Below are positions 10,437-23,417 of a stretch of DNA of 64,000 bases, in pieces. This DNA is from Mayamaea pseudoterrestris. Its lineage: Eukaryota. Position 1 is the first letter of the stretch; every line of letters starts with the position of its first letter. The stretch lies in the NCBI GenBank assembly GCA_027923505.1, contig BROI01000012.1:310001-374000 (forward strand), written 5' to 3'. A model generated the notes under the pieces. The model did no database searches and was not told the origin of the DNA. It saw nothing but the letters and a program-made list of their open reading frames with translations. A program made the position numbers and the translations under genes.

Positions 10437-10778
10437 GCCACGAACTACGATATGTTGATCGAGGCTCCTTCTCGTCTTCTCTACAGTGAGTATACTGGTG
10501 AGGGATACAGAATGCTGATGAGGTGGTCGTCGGCCATTGTCGACGTTTTTGAATGGATCTTTCGAATAACCCTAATGTGTCAAATCGCTGACACCCAAAC
10601 ATTAGCGATGATCATGCTGTTCCTTGTGGATGAACACGATGCGACACAAGTTTGAATTATTTAGCTCGAGAACGGTTCTGAAACGCCACCATGGCCACCA
10701 TGGCCATCGATCGCCCATCCAATAAGCCATTCAGACGAACGCAGTCGTTTATAACGCAAAAAACATGCTAAAACAACC

Positions 10779-12054
10779 ATGATCAAAGCAACTGCATCAA
10801 CTCCAAATACATCATCTTCCACTACTAATACTACTCAAACGCAGCATCGACCGACTGGATGGTGCAGCGTCGCCGTTCCCTTGATCCTGCTCGCCGGACT
10901 GGTCCACTTGACTAACGTTACATACTTGCATAGGAAAGGCAATTTGCTGGCGCCATCCAAGACTATCGACACTGCAGCATTTAGTATAAGAGAAGGAAGT
11001 AATGACCACGACGACTATCCCCAGATTGTTTGGCTCATGAGCTTTCCAAACAGTGTGAGTCGTTGCAAGTGCATGCCGAAAGCCTTTCAAATTACATCAC
11101 ACATGGTTTACTCATTACTCTACTCTTTTACAGGGAACATCCTACACAATATCAAACACGGAACATTTAACTGGCAAAACCACTGCCACCAACTACGGCG
11201 TCCCCGAAGTGCACGACGATCCGCCCATGGTCGTACGACCAGACCAAACAGTTAGTCCCTACTGGCACTATAGTGCGCTGCCGAAGCCTGCTCGAACACT
11301 CACCAAGACGCACTGCCGCACCGTTTTGAATTATCGCGACTTTGAGGAGGGCTGTCGCACCATTCAGATCAACAACAGCACCGGACATCCCGAGGAGTAC
11401 CAGTACAACGCTTCACTAGTGACAGCCGCCGTGCACTTGGTGCGACACCCACTCGACAACATTGTCAGTCGCAAGCACCACATGCTGCGCAAGGAAATCA
11501 ACCTTGGTATATTGTCGGCCGAGCAAGCGCAGACGCAGTTTGACGATTCCGCTCAAGGCCTAAACAAATGGTGTAGCTACAAGTTACAAAAAACCAAGAG
11601 TTGGCTGCAATTTCCGCAAAGTAGCTTGGATCATAACGTTGCCAAGCACTTGTCAGACGTGCCTTGCTACGGCGACTTGCTCTACTACATTCAGTGGCAC
11701 AACATGGCAACGAAAACGCTGCACGAATACAAGGTGCCGAGCCACATATTATACTACGAAGACTATGCGAAGAAAAGTTACAATGCCACGGTGCAACGAC
11801 TGTACGATTTCGTGTTTGACGCGCCCGAAACACCACTCAACTGGACGAACCAACTTGCCTTTGAGGACAGCAAAATATATCACGACTACTTTACCGCGGA
11901 GCAGAGACTGGCGGTGGAGCAAGCCGTGCGCAAACTGGCGACTCCGTCGGCGTGGCAAATCTTGCGGCGGTACTATGAAATTGATAATGATGATGACAAC
12001 GCTGCCACCAACGCGACAGTACAAAATGCCGACGCGGAACATGGAGGCGGCTGA
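10779..12054 (+). CDS. Sulfotransferase-fold type II membrane protein, 2 exons, intron 11055-11133
   Basis: Splicing GTGAGT...TACAG yields WLMSFPNSGTSYT (5'-PAPS loop). Also HLVRHPLDNIVSR (3'-PAPS), YYED and an N-terminal TM helix. Confidence 0.82.
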
Positions 12055-12963
12055 TCGTATTGGCATGTGTCGGTGCGGATCACATGCCAGCGCAAGACAT
12101 GCTCCTTTGGCGTCGCAGCGATGTATATTCATCCGCTAATTCTTGTTCATCACGCGACTATGAATACATGTATTATTACTCTTATAAATGCCATTGCACA
12201 AACTTTCAACAAGTACTGTTGAATGGCATTGCCTCTACCGGTAGAGCCATCCGCATTGACTAGTCGGCTGGTGGCCCGCGTCGATGCATCATAAGACAGG
12301 CTCGTACGTAGCTAGTCTATGCATATAACTGCGATGAAAGCAATCCGCTTCATCGATACAAGCTGGATTCAAGCGCGAATGATGCAGCTTGCCGCCGCCA
12401 TTTTTGAAGCTAAAAGAAGGTTTTTTTTGCTGCCCGTTCATGCTGGCATACGTTCAATACTGGCACAGTGGTCATGACTATATTTCTGAACAACCGAGAC
12501 AACATCCCTGTACATACGTGTTTAATCTCTTTGTTAAAACTCAGTAGAAGGGGATAGAAAAACATTCTTGTCGAGTACTCCTAGCTAAACTTGTTCCGGA
12601 GCCATGTTCGGCAGTTTCACGTTGAAGAATGTCAAACTCGGAGAATGACCAAGAATTGCTGACGCATGCGAGACTCCGAATAGTACAATTGGTGGTTCCG
12701 GGATGCCATGCTTCGGATTTGGCACATCACGGTCATATCACGGGTCTCGATTCGCCGCATCTCCAGCGCTTGGTTCTCTAGCTGCACCCAAACGAATGGA
12801 AGGTGTGTTGCTTGAATCTTGGTTAGTTTAATTGGTAGCTAATGTGATTCAAAGTAATGTCAAGTAGTAAACAAACAATAAAGTTTAGACTGCTATAGAG
12901 CTGATTCGTCGTGAGTTGCTCCTCTGGAGATTATACATTTTTACTTGGCCATAAAACCGGTAG

Positions 12964-14023
12964 TTACACCTCTGTCGCAGCATCTTCGTCGCTGTGTTCA
13001 TCATCGTCATCCTCTTCCTCTTCAATGGCGCTATGGTAGTCAGCCTCTTTGTCACCTTCGACCTGATTAGCCTTGCTAGCTTCGGCAACGGCGCTTTCCG
13101 CCGCCATGAGGGCCGCCGCGGCGTGCGTATTGACATCCTGCAGCGTCTTGACTCCCTTGATCTTGACTCGCTTCATCATGGTGCTAAGAATCGGACGTCC
13201 TTGAATGAAGAGTGAGTGAAAGTAGGCGCCCTTGTCAGGTCCTGTAAGAGTAATGAGCGAAAGTAAAGTGTCAGAAGTTCCGCAAAACAATCCAGTCATG
13301 TTCAAACGATGCCAACAAAATATGCGTACCTTCCGTAATGCGCTCCATTTCGTAAAGGTTCAATTGACGTTGAAACGAGCTGAAGCGACTCATGCGAAAG
13401 TATTTCGGCATGACATGCTTGACAAAGTCCCGCGGCTTGTGAATGGCAAAGGCCCGACCGTGCGGCAAAAAGCTGGCAATGAGCGCACCGCCTTCCTGAC
13501 GCTCCAAGTCGGAAAGCAACTGATGCAGCTTTTGAGGAAAGGTTCCGGTTCGTCCCTTGCGTCGGCGATCCGGAGGAAGAGGATACATGGCTGCCTCTTG
13601 TGCTGACGCTGCAACGGCGGCGGACAAGTCTTGGGCGTTGGCAACTTGCTGCTGCTGCTGTTGCAACAGGGCGAGGGCGTCAAAGCCGCCGCCTCCCCCC
13701 ATCATGGGATTGAACATGCTTCCCATTCCCATGCTGCGAGCCAGTGTTAGAGTCTGAAGGTCTTGGAGTTGCTTCTGTTGAATGAGCATTTGGAGACTGC
13801 CTTGAGGAAGACTATTGAGTCCATTCAGAGCGGCAAACTTTTCCATCGCGTGACGCTGCAGCAGAGACTGAAAGAGCGCGTCAGCGCCAGCCGTCCCGGC
13901 TCCATTCGCCACAGGACCGGCATTCGGTAGACCAGTCAAGGGATTGATGCCGCCGAGGCCTCCAAGGAGAGGATTGCCTCCAGCAGAGGCAAGTAGTTGC
14001 GCAAGATCCTGAGGGTTGTTCAT
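12964..14023 (-). CDS. Heat-shock-factor (HSF) type transcription factor, 2 exons, intron 13242-13329
   Basis: FPQKLHQLL...HGRAFAIH...PKYFRMSRFSSFQRQLNLY...ITEG spliced to PDKGAYFHSLFIQGRP. Q/G/L-rich N-terminus and acidic tail. Confidence 0.92.
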
Positions 14024-14956
14024 GGTCAGTCGAATGATGATGATTGCCGGGCGAGAACGAAGGTCTGCTGGAACCGAACGATTTGTGTGAAAAAGTTCTG
14101 GCGTCAACGCTCCGGTGCCAAACGATCTTGGACCGACCAACTTCCGCGAACCGGGAAGGCTTCGGAGGAACGAGATTTAACGGAAGATAGTGCCTTCTTT
14201 GAAGTTCGAGAAGGCTTATGTACAACCATTCAGTGAGCTTGCCACGCGCTCTATGACTTGTGTGCTCCAGATAAGCCTAAATGACTCTTTGACGCCTAAA
14301 AACCCCATCTTCCCATCCGGTATTCGGTGCAATTGCTTCGCTTCGCCAAGGAACAATGCCGAATCGAATCTTCAGACGCCGAAGAAACATGATTCGTCAA
14401 GCAAGGTTGAATGACCAAGACGTGGAACGAGCAACCGGGATAGTTTGACGTCACGGCATCTGCGTTCAATGCGGCCCGGCGAAGCTTGCATCGTCAACGT
14501 GATGTACGATTACTGGTTGTATAACGCACGACGGGTCACTCTTGTTCTCGAGCTAATCATCGCACTTGCTTTACCAAGTCACTCTACCATGATGTAGGAT
14601 GGCCGGACATACTATGACGGGATGACGATGGACGACAACGCCAGTATCAAGTACAAGATGTATGATGCTGGATGTTTCAAATGGGAGATTACGACTACCG
14701 GTAGGTAGATTCGTCGCTACTTACAGTACGATACTAAAGCTAACTGGAATATTACATTCGGTCGTTTCGATGGAGCGAATATATATTTAACTACTCACTA
14801 GTCTCGCAGTCAACGTACAAGACTGTACAGTCTGTGTGATTCAAGCATATATCGCGCCACATCTAACAAAGCCGTCGGAAAGGGCAATGCAATGTGGCAT
14901 CAATCATAGGCTCGTCACTGAAAAGTCGGAAAAACGCATCCATCATGCCACCAATT

Positions 14957-15474
14957 CTAATTGCTAGCACTTCCTTTCGTGCTAGTCACTTTGACTTCCT
15001 CTGGCTCGGTTAGCTGTTGAACCGTCGCGCTAGTAATTGGTTCCAGCACTGGCAAAAGTTGGCCTTCGACATGCTGCGGTTGCACCTTTACCTCTGAAAT
15101 AAGGAAACCATGGTGATGAGCATACAAAAAGACATTATGCAATACTATTGATTCTTCGTCCTGCTTGTGCGTAGTTCATTGCTCTCGTCCATTGACGAAC
15201 CACATTGTGTATACTCACCATAATGCCCCGTATTATCATTCAACTGTCCTTGCACAATACCATGTTTCATCATGTCTTCCGCCTCATCAATCATGAGTAG
15301 CAGCATGTCGAGTTGCGAAACTGGCGCTTGTCGTTGCTTGACAAACTCTTGCTTGATGGCCTTGCGGCTCTCCTGCAAGGCAACCGTGTCATTTTGAAAG
15401 AGGATTTTGCGGGCGCGAAATAGTCGTCGGTAGCCGGAAAATACGCGAGAACGAGCTACTGCTGATGCTGACAT
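14957..15474 (-). CDS. LYRM7: LYR-motif protein, Mzm1/LYRM7-like complex III assembly factor, 2 exons, intron 15094-15218
   Basis: SGYRRLFRARKILFQND...IKQEF...GIVQG. Splicing GTGAGT...TTCAG joins GHY to EVKVQPQH in frame. Confidence 0.78.
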
Positions 15475-15968
15475 TTTGTTTGTAACGAAATGATTCACCA
15501 ACGCACAATCAAAAACGCTCTTTCTCCATGGTCGTTTGTCGGAAACGGAGTTGCGTGGTCAACGTTCGCCTTCCGACACAATGGTCATGTCTCACCGTTA
15601 CGACTCCGTTGTCTTCCGCGGAGCATCCCGCATGACCTCAGATCTGACGTACGCCGTTCGGGCCAGAAACAAGAAACTGACGTGAGCGTATCAACATGTT
15701 TCATGAATACTAAAACTCAACCTGGCACTACACTCGGAACGTATACAGATTCCGCGCCTGCTTGTGCACCCTGACGGACAATCGTCAGCGGTTTCCGTTT
15801 CCCACCTGTCCGGCGAACGCGGGGCGAAAAAAGTGCAATGGACAGTTCAAGTGACTGGACAGCGCACGCAACAATTTTCTCCCGCGTGCGGAGCCAAGAC
15901 GCTAGCGCCGCATAAAAAAAGCAACTCCAACCGCATAGACAGCGATAGCAATACACTGTAACACCAAT

Positions 15969-16949
15969 ATGGAACCTCCTGTAGTATCTACTCCATCACC
16001 ATCCGTCGACCATGAACTCGCCGCGCTCGTTTCCAAGCTCGCAGACATGGGATTCACCGAATCCAAAGCCCTCGAGGCTCTGACCGTTTGCTCGGGCGAC
16101 GTGAACGCCGCCGCCTCCTACCTAATTTCCACGGCGGTCCAGGCCGCTCCCTTTGCGCACGCCGCGGCCATGTCCAACGCGAGCGTACTGCCGCTGCCGT
16201 CGGCGTCGCCGAGTGATCCAATCTTGATTCAGGGACCCATTTCGCAGTACTCGATTGAGAATGGACGATCGGCGTGCACGTGCATTGCACTCACGGCCGC
16301 GCACAAGTATTTGGCGAAACCAAGTCTTGATAAACTGACGCCTGTATTTTTGCATGAAATGGTGGTGAGTGGTGTGTCTACGTATCTGTTGCTGCTGCAG
16401 GCCAGCATGGTGCCTGGTATTGCTGGCGGAGCCGATACCATTCCCATTGGCGATGACGCCGTGGAACACTTTTCCGCCGAGCAAGTCATGACGACGAACA
16501 CTGGCACCATTCAGGATCCGACGCGACTATTCTCCTGCATGCGACAGATTGGTCCAGTGCGTCAAGGTGTGTTGAACAAGGACGTGCTTGATGCGATTGG
16601 CTTGCCGAGCATGCTGCATGACTGCTGGACGGATGGACAGTGCGACGAGGATGTTTGGACGGCGGTCGTTGTCACCAAGACTCCGGAAACGCTACTGGTG
16701 TTATTGCCGCCGCTGTCCATGCCGGAGGAGGACCAACGGTTTATTCTCATTGACTCGCATCCGCGTCCCAACTTGGTGTCGTGGGCGACGAAACCACCGA
16801 CCCAAGCGTACGCTCGCATTCACACGTCACTCGAAGACTTGGTGCTGGCGCTCACGGCCATTTTACCCATTACGCATTTGGAAGACTCCATGATTAACGT
16901 CTTGTACAACTCCTTTGACTTGTACGTGATTCAGCATGATCAAACATGA
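15969..16949 (+). CDS. UBA domain plus putative herpes-tegument-like (C76/VTD-type) cysteine deubiquitinase, 326 aa
   Basis: UBA motif LADMGFTESKALEALTVCSGDVNAAASYL. Catalytic-like QY...GRSACTCIAL and FILIDSHPR. Confidence 0.68.
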   Translation: MEPPVVSTPSPSVDHELAALVSKLADMGFTESKALEALTVCSGDVNAAASYLISTAVQAAPFAHAAAMSNASVLPLPSASPSDPILIQGPISQYSIENGRSACTCIALTAAHKYLAKPSLDKLTPVFLHEMVVSGVSTYLLLLQASMVPGIAGGADTIPIGDDAVEHFSAEQVMTTNTGTIQDPTRLFSCMRQIGPVRQGVLNKDVLDAIGLPSMLHDCWTDGQCDEDVWTAVVVTKTPETLLVLLPPLSMPEEDQRFILIDSHPRPNLVSWATKPPTQAYARIHTSLEDLVLALTAILPITHLEDSMINVLYNSFDLYVIQHDQT

Positions 16950-17608
16950 CACGAGGCCTTGGAGTCGCTGTACAAGGGGTTTGGATTGCTGTCGCCCTTT
17001 CACGTTCATCTGTAACGAACGTGAATGCATAGATTTTATCCATCCAGCCCTTTTTTCCATTATATAATAATAATAATAATAATAGTATATTCAAAACTTG
17101 ATTTGCTACCACTATCTCACATTGTATATGTATGTATGCCTACCCGGTAGGTAGCAAGCTTACTCGTTTGTCAACTCGTCAGTGGGTCATCGGTGCATTT
17201 ACTCAGGCCTTCAAGCCTCATTGTTCCCTTTCTCGGGAAGAACCCAACAACGGTTGTCTTTTTGCACTCGCTTCTCGTTCAAGGACATTCAATGCACATC
17301 GCCATGATGAGACTATGAAGGGCGTGGGAGTCAAGACGCTGCAACAGCCCGCTATGGCATGCTGCTGCTGCCGCGGCGCCCATGGCGCTGCCAATGACAA
17401 TGGACCAAGCGGCATGGAAGCTGCAAGCACAGTAAACATTTTGGCGACGAGAACCTGACTAGCATAAGTATAGTGCAGCTAAGATTTTAAATGCAATTGT
17501 TATAATACTGATGCAGACACACTTGACAAACAGGAGGGAATGGCTTTAACAAGGCAGCAAACGTTTCCGCTCGACGCCAAGCCAAGCTCACTGTTCGTGT
17601 CGTTGCGC

Positions 17609-18052
17609 TTAAACGTTCAGCGGCTCGCGCTCTCGGGAAGTGCCACGGTCCGTCTTGCTGAATTCCAAAACGAGAAAGGTCCACGCCAAAAAGACCCAGG
17701 CCGGCAAGACGTACAGCTGCGGCAGCAAGTGACAATGCTGCATCTCGGGTTGCACGTTCCACGCCGCCAAGCTGTTCGCCAGCAAAAACAGAAACACCAT
17801 GGTCGTGTTTTTAATGGTCATGCCTCCCACGTCGGCATACAAGAGAAATCCAATGACGAAAATGTGGAGCATGCGGCTCATGGCCACGTACATTTCCTCC
17901 GACGACTCCTTCTTGTGCATGTTGCTCGCATGCATCAAGCAGCCACCGCCCTGGCTAAAGGGGTAGAGAACCGACCACGCGCTCGAAAGGATTCCGGCCC
18001 AAATAAACGTGTAAAAGAGAATGAGGGAAAGCTTGCCGTAGGTTGTTTGCAT
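17609..18052 (-). CDS. Small hypothetical multi-pass membrane protein, about 147 aa
   Basis: ATG at 18052 (MQTTYGKLSLIL...) followed by about four hydrophobic segments. Confidence 0.55.
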   Translation of the reverse strand: MQTTYGKLSLILFYTFIWAGILSSAWSVLYPFSQGGGCLMHASNMHKKESSEEMYVAMSRMLHIFVIGFLLYADVGGMTIKNTTMVFLFLLANSLAAWNVQPEMQHCHLLPQLYVLPAWVFLAWTFLVLEFSKTDRGTSREREPLNV

Positions 18053-18625
18053 GTCGTCCCATGCGTGTTGGACGTGAGGTACTGATGTTGCGAATGTAAT
18101 AGAAGAATCGAGATTGCAAAATATCAGTCTTTCAAGTATCGTCAATAAGCAAGCAGCAATGCTTCGCGTCTCGCCCCGACTTACATGGATTCCACTGCAT
18201 GATGGCTTGGAAGGATGAGGAGACGACAAAGGCAAGGATTGCAGCAGCGTTTTGTGACTGACACTTGCTTAGCTTAGCAGCGATCGATGCGAAGCTTGTG
18301 GCTTGATAGAGTCGACACCTTGCTTCACGCAATGATCAGAAGCAATCAGCCCCTATTTGAAGCTTTCCATGGAACAGTTGCGTTGTGATCAACAAAGAGC
18401 GAAGCAAGAAGTGGGGTTCGCTTTCAACGATTTTGTGGCGAACGACTCGCCCGGCGCTTGGCGCGCAAGCCAAGCTTCATGCAACGACATGTCGCACCAT
18501 GACGCGAATCCAGCCGCAACCGCCGCATCAAAAACACATTGCTTGCTTCGCAAGTCAAAAGTAAATGGAACCCGACAAGCTTCTCCTACGAGCCTATCGT
18601 ACTTCTCCAAACGCCAAAAGGAAAC

Positions 18626-18669
18626 ATGCCTGTCTCTACTCGCCGTGGCGGTGCTCCAGAGACAGAAAC

Positions 18670-18712
<43 letters not shown>

Positions 18713-20498
18713 CACGAACATGATGGCTTGTCCTCCTCCGAAGACGAGGACGACGAACCGCTGGCGACGCAAAAGCCAGAAACCTTTGATGAGCCAAAAG
18801 CAATGGAGCAAGACGAGATGGAAACGACGGAGGAGGTCGAGGTCGTGATTGCGACGAAAACAATTGTCACGCAGCAGCTGCGAGAGTTGCCGCCCGACAG
18901 TGACAGCGACGACGAAATGGAGCAGCAGCAGCAAAAGGAGTCAAACACACAAAGACAATCAGCGACCAAGAATCTTTCCAAGAAACGCGTTCAGTTGCAG
19001 TTCGCCAAGCCTCCGTCGGCCGAAGCCTTGTTGAACGTGCAAGACTTGGCCGACTATTGGATTGAGCATATTTTCAACGAGCCGGAGCAAAGCGAAAAGC
19101 ACTACACTAACCTGAAATACTTTTACGGCTTGGCGGCGTCCACCAATTCCGATGACATGAACTTTGGTCGCTTGCACTGTCGAACCGTCATGGCGGAGCT
19201 CGTCAAGACTGTCTTTCACGCGCCGCTCCATACGTGGGATCGCGATACGTGGAACGATGCGATATACGAGGAGATTTGCACCATTCAAAAGAAGTTGATG
19301 CGCTCGGATGCCACAGCCGTCTTTGGATTTGATACAAACAATATAGAAAATTTGGAAGATGCCACGACGAATCCAGCGCATTTGCCCGAAACGTTGCGCG
19401 TGCGCATCCAAAAGCTTTTGGTGATTGTGCAGCTGCACATGGCGATTGCGCCGATTCGTCAAGTGTTGGAGGAGGCGATTGACCAGCAAGTGCAGCCAAA
19501 CATTAGATCAGACGTGCTAAAGGATATTGTGTAAGTCGACTTGGCGGTGTGAATATTGCGTTTAAATATGTACGAGTTTAGTGTTTGACTGATGCGATGA
19601 TGCTATATTTTTTAGAGCGTACCTCGAGGAGGCGGAATTTTGTGACGTTCCCTGCCTCGAATTACTTGGCCAAATGTGGCGCATTGATGGGGAACACGAG
19701 AGTGAGGGTGACGGCGACGATGACAATGTCTACAAGCTCGCTGATATCAAAAGTATCGGCAAGATTTTGCGTAACGAAGACGCGTTCAATCTCGAACTGC
19801 TCAAGGAAGGAATTCTCAAACTGATTCGTCGTTTGGATCACACCGTCTACGGTGACGAGCCATCGATATTGGCGGCGAAAAAGTACCGCTACGATCCTGG
19901 TGCAGTGCGGCGCGAACGCAAGCGACTTCAAGAAGCAGTTGCGCTGGCGCAACTGGATCGTGAACGCAAAAAGCTCAAAAACAATGGACCGGACCCACTA
20001 TCTGCTGCGTTGGAAAAGTCCAAGAATGTGGGCGGTCGTCATGAACGCGAAAATGTCGACGAGACGGACCAGCTCACACAAGGCCAGCGTTTGGAGTCTC
20101 CCATGCGGTCGTCGCACGAGAAGCAGCCACAGTTAGTTGTTAATCGGATTGCTGGTGACGACGTTGGTTTCATGGAGGACAGTGAGGAAGAAGATCCGGA
20201 GAGACGAGGGGTGCGCTCGCTCGTACTGCCCAGTCCTCGCCGACAACGAACCCGCGGCATGCTGCAAAAGCAAACGTACGAAGCTGACGAAGGCATATTC
20301 GACGAGAATGGCAAGGTCAAGCATCGGCGAGCGTGGACAAATGCGGAAGACGCTGCGCTCCTGCATGGAGTCAAGGAGAAGGGACTGGTCGGCAGGTGGA
20401 GGCAAATCAAGGACATGTATCCAGACATACTTCACAATCGCCAGACGGTTCAGATCAAGGATCGTTATCGCACGCTTCTCGCCAGGGGTGAAATTTAA
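18626..20498 (+). CDS. Telobox Myb/SANT protein (telomere repeat-binding factor-like), 2 exons, intron 19531-19615
   Basis: Single C-terminal Myb domain RRAWTNAEDAALLHGV...GRWRQIK...RQTVQIKDRYRTL. GTAAGT...TTTAG joins the two ORFs in frame. N-terminal polyQ. Confidence 0.8.
18671..18709 (+). repeat. (CAG)13 microsatellite encoding polyQ
   Basis: Thirteen perfect CAG units in frame within the Myb gene. Confidence 0.95.
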
Positions 20499-20625
20499 GG
20501 TATTGGTAACGACTGCATCTATTACGTTTGACTAGGTATAAGCATAGTAAATGATAATTTTCTGTTCGTCATATTCAACCAAGCAATGGTAACGAACTGA
20601 GCAATTGCAGATTTAAAAAGTAATC

Positions 20626-23265
20626 CTAGTCAATGTCGGGAACATCGCCCATCCAAGATATTTTACACGACTGCCATTTAGTCCAAACAATATCGCCAAG
20701 ACCTCCTCCAAGACCACCGCTTGAGTGCATCTCATTATTCAAACCTGCATTCACACCTATGGCTTCCTCGGATTTCAGTCGCGTGATTTGCAGTGGAGCT
20801 ACCTTTCCACCGCGCAGGCCATTGTAGTGGTAGAGGATAAATGAGTCGTCGTTTCCTTCGTCACGCATTTTCACATTCGAATCTTTTCCACGCGGCGGCG
20901 TTGGCGGATCCGGTTGCCGCATGGGAAAGTCGCTTTCGGGCAGCGTTACTGGAGATCCATTCACCGCTCGATCACTGTGTCGCGAACCATCTCCTTCCGC
21001 ATCCCATTCAGCTTGAAGCTTTCGTGCAAGTTCTTCGTCGCTTACATATCGGTCGTCCACTGTTTCAATTTCCATCGGGCTGCAGGATCGTGCGGCCGAG
21101 TCAACAACAATCACGCCACCCGCTCCCCTGTCACTGTTCAGCTCCAAGTCCATGCGGCGAGCAATGTCTTCATCGCTTTCAAACTGCGTAATAGGAACAA
21201 GCGGAGGCAGATCGTCCACGTCGTTTTCGCCGAATACGGGTCTACCAACCGGAGCTGGTACTATTTGCACTTCGCCATCATTGGAACTGAGCACAGTTTC
21301 GACACTAACTCCCGTCATTAACTTCGACGTGACTTTCCAAAAGTCCTGCCACAAGATGATTGACGAGCCTGGTACTTCAATTGAGGCGGCGATTGCCTGC
21401 TCGGCTCCATTCACGTTTAGTTCCAGTGCTTGAAAGGCCTCTGCAAGTTGATTCGACGCAATGAACCCATTATCTTCCGCGCCATTCACTCCCTTGAATG
21501 CCCGCCGACACTGCTCCAGTAGTCGATCGCTCTCGCTCTCCTTCAAGGCAAGGTCGTCTCCAAACAAGACGGTGAAATGACTCGTCGATCCAACGACAAA
21601 GATTGGAAAACGACTCGATTTGTAGTACGATCCCACTTGACAGTAGCGGAGCGACTCGAGCTGACTCAAGTAACCAATCTCCGACTGCTGCTGAATGCCC
21701 CGACAAAGTATACCCTTGTCGGGACTAAGATTATTGTCAAAGACATTGCTGACTGCTTGTCCAGTGAGTAGCAAATTCATGAGTTCCTGCGAGCAGTGTC
21801 CAAACTGGGCCGTCAGTTTCGATCCGGAGGAATCGTCAAACTCCGACTGTATCAAGCTTTTGCCGCGACTAGCTACCAGTGACATGACGAGCAGCAGCAC
21901 GCCGCCCTCGCGACAAAAGTAGTCAATCGGCGCCATGGACGTGACTGATGGTTGCAGCAGAAAATCGCCAACGACTTGAGACAGCGCGTGTATCCGCTCC
22001 TCCAGTGATGCATTAGAGTCGTCGTTGCTGCCGCCGTCGTGGCGATGGTCGCTGCGAGGAGCCGCAGCAGACTCCATGGGATCGCTGTGTGTCCGTTGCC
22101 GCTTGTTCCAAGCCTCGGAAAGGTGTGGCGTCGATGGAATGGTGTAAACATGCAGCCGTCTGCTGCCAGAAACATTAGTCGTCTTGCTCTTGTCTGCTGC
22201 TGCTGCTGTCCATGGCTCTAAATCGGACCAAATAATGGCGGGTGGCAAGTCCATCGAGCCGCCATTTGCTGTTATACTATTCGTTGAATTTGGTGGCACC
22301 AAGCGAGCGGGAAGGACAATTCTAACTGCATCTGCCGCAACTGCGTTTGATGTCTTGTCGTTGGCGACGTTCATGTTACTCTCACTTTCTCCTGCATTAT
22401 CATGGTCGTCGTCATCTTGACCAGACACTGGTGGCTGCACCACGGCGCGCGCCAAAACGTAGGCAATCGCTCGCGCCATGGCGACTCGCACTATTGGAGA
22501 CGTCAACGCCACATTCTCCAGCAGCTGCATGGGAGCTCTTGGCATCATCAAGTCGCATGATGCATTATTGTTATTATGTTCATTAACAGCAGTCCTCCTC
22601 CCCCACACGAGAATCTTGAGCATTTCCGCTTGCACGGCGGCCAGCACCCCGCACGGTCCTCCAAAGTGCTGCGTCAGTCCCCAGACCGAGTGATGCGACT
22701 GCACAATCTGCGAATACATTGTTGCTGTATTGTCATTTGATGCTGTATTAGTAGCAGTAGCAGTCGTCGTTTGCAAGGTGCGAATGGCTTCGGATAGCCA
22801 CCGACGCTTGTCCTCCTCCGTGGTGGTCATGGAGTCCCACATGATGTCGTGAAAGTCGGAAACGTGATAGGCTTGTCTCGTGTTCCAAACGTTAGTCAAA
22901 TGTGTAAATGGCGTTGGAGCAATAGAAGCATGATTGTCGACTTGTAGTGTTGGTGCTGCAGATGCAGTCTGTGTTTTATGTGTCTCCATCTGCTGCTGTT
23001 CCTCCTCCAACGTTTGCAGACTCAGTGCGAGAGCAGCCTGCAGCTCACTATCCTCATCTGCAACACTTTCGTCAAAATGAACCGTGGCTCGTTGCTTCGG
23101 TGATGCTGCAGACGCAGATGTATTCGGCAGATTGTTCGAGGTGGCAAATGACCCTCCACTGCCCGTCAAGGCTTGTAGCCGTCGCTCTCGAAGCTGCTCC
23201 GGCGTCAAGACTGGGCTCGTTCCGCCGCCAAGGCTCTGTCCACTAGTGGTAGTCGGTGCATCCAT
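20626..23265 (-). CDS. MINDY-3/4-type deubiquitinase (FAM188-like) with UIM/MIU-like motifs
   Basis: Catalytic-domain motifs WGLTQHFGGPCGVLAAVQAEML, CSQELMNLLLTGQAVSNVFD, SHFTVLF and LYHYNGL. Ubiquitin-binding-like EDSELQAALALSL and SDEELARKLQAEW. First ATG at 23265. Confidence 0.88.
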   Translation of the reverse strand: MDAPTTTSGQSLGGGTSPVLTPEQLRERRLQALTGSGGSFATSNNLPNTSASAASPKQRATVHFDESVADEDSELQAALALSLQTLEEEQQQMETHKTQTASAAPTLQVDNHASIAPTPFTHLTNVWNTRQAYHVSDFHDIMWDSMTTTEEDKRRWLSEAIRTLQTTTATATNTASNDNTATMYSQIVQSHHSVWGLTQHFGGPCGVLAAVQAEMLKILVWGRRTAVNEHNNNNASCDLMMPRAPMQLLENVALTSPIVRVAMARAIAYVLARAVVQPPVSGQDDDDHDNAGESESNMNVANDKTSNAVAADAVRIVLPARLVPPNSTNSITANGGSMDLPPAIIWSDLEPWTAAAADKSKTTNVSGSRRLHVYTIPSTPHLSEAWNKRQRTHSDPMESAAAPRSDHRHDGGSNDDSNASLEERIHALSQVVGDFLLQPSVTSMAPIDYFCREGGVLLLVMSLVASRGKSLIQSEFDDSSGSKLTAQFGHCSQELMNLLLTGQAVSNVFDNNLSPDKGILCRGIQQQSEIGYLSQLESLRYCQVGSYYKSSRFPIFVVGSTSHFTVLFGDDLALKESESDRLLEQCRRAFKGVNGAEDNGFIASNQLAEAFQALELNVNGAEQAIAASIEVPGSSIILWQDFWKVTSKLMTGVSVETVLSSNDGEVQIVPAPVGRPVFGENDVDDLPPLVPITQFESDEDIARRMDLELNSDRGAGGVIVVDSAARSCSPMEIETVDDRYVSDEELARKLQAEWDAEGDGSRHSDRAVNGSPVTLPESDFPMRQPDPPTPPRGKDSNVKMRDEGNDDSFILYHYNGLRGGKVAPLQITRLKSEEAIGVNAGLNNEMHSSGGLGGGLGDIVWTKWQSCKISWMGDVPDID

Positions 23266-23417
23266 GCTGCTGCTTGCAAGATGTATATACAATGAATGGA
23301 GCGACGGCGAGAGTCATCGAGCGATGCATCGGCGAATGAATGGTGACGTTTTCAAAAATGTCGCAGCGAAACTCAAAGTGTCGCATCCGTTAACAAAAGC
23401 TCACAGAGCCGAAACCA

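Noticed and set aside
17064..17084. (TAA)n microsatellite
   Set aside because: An ordinary short AT-rich repeat in a 3' region.
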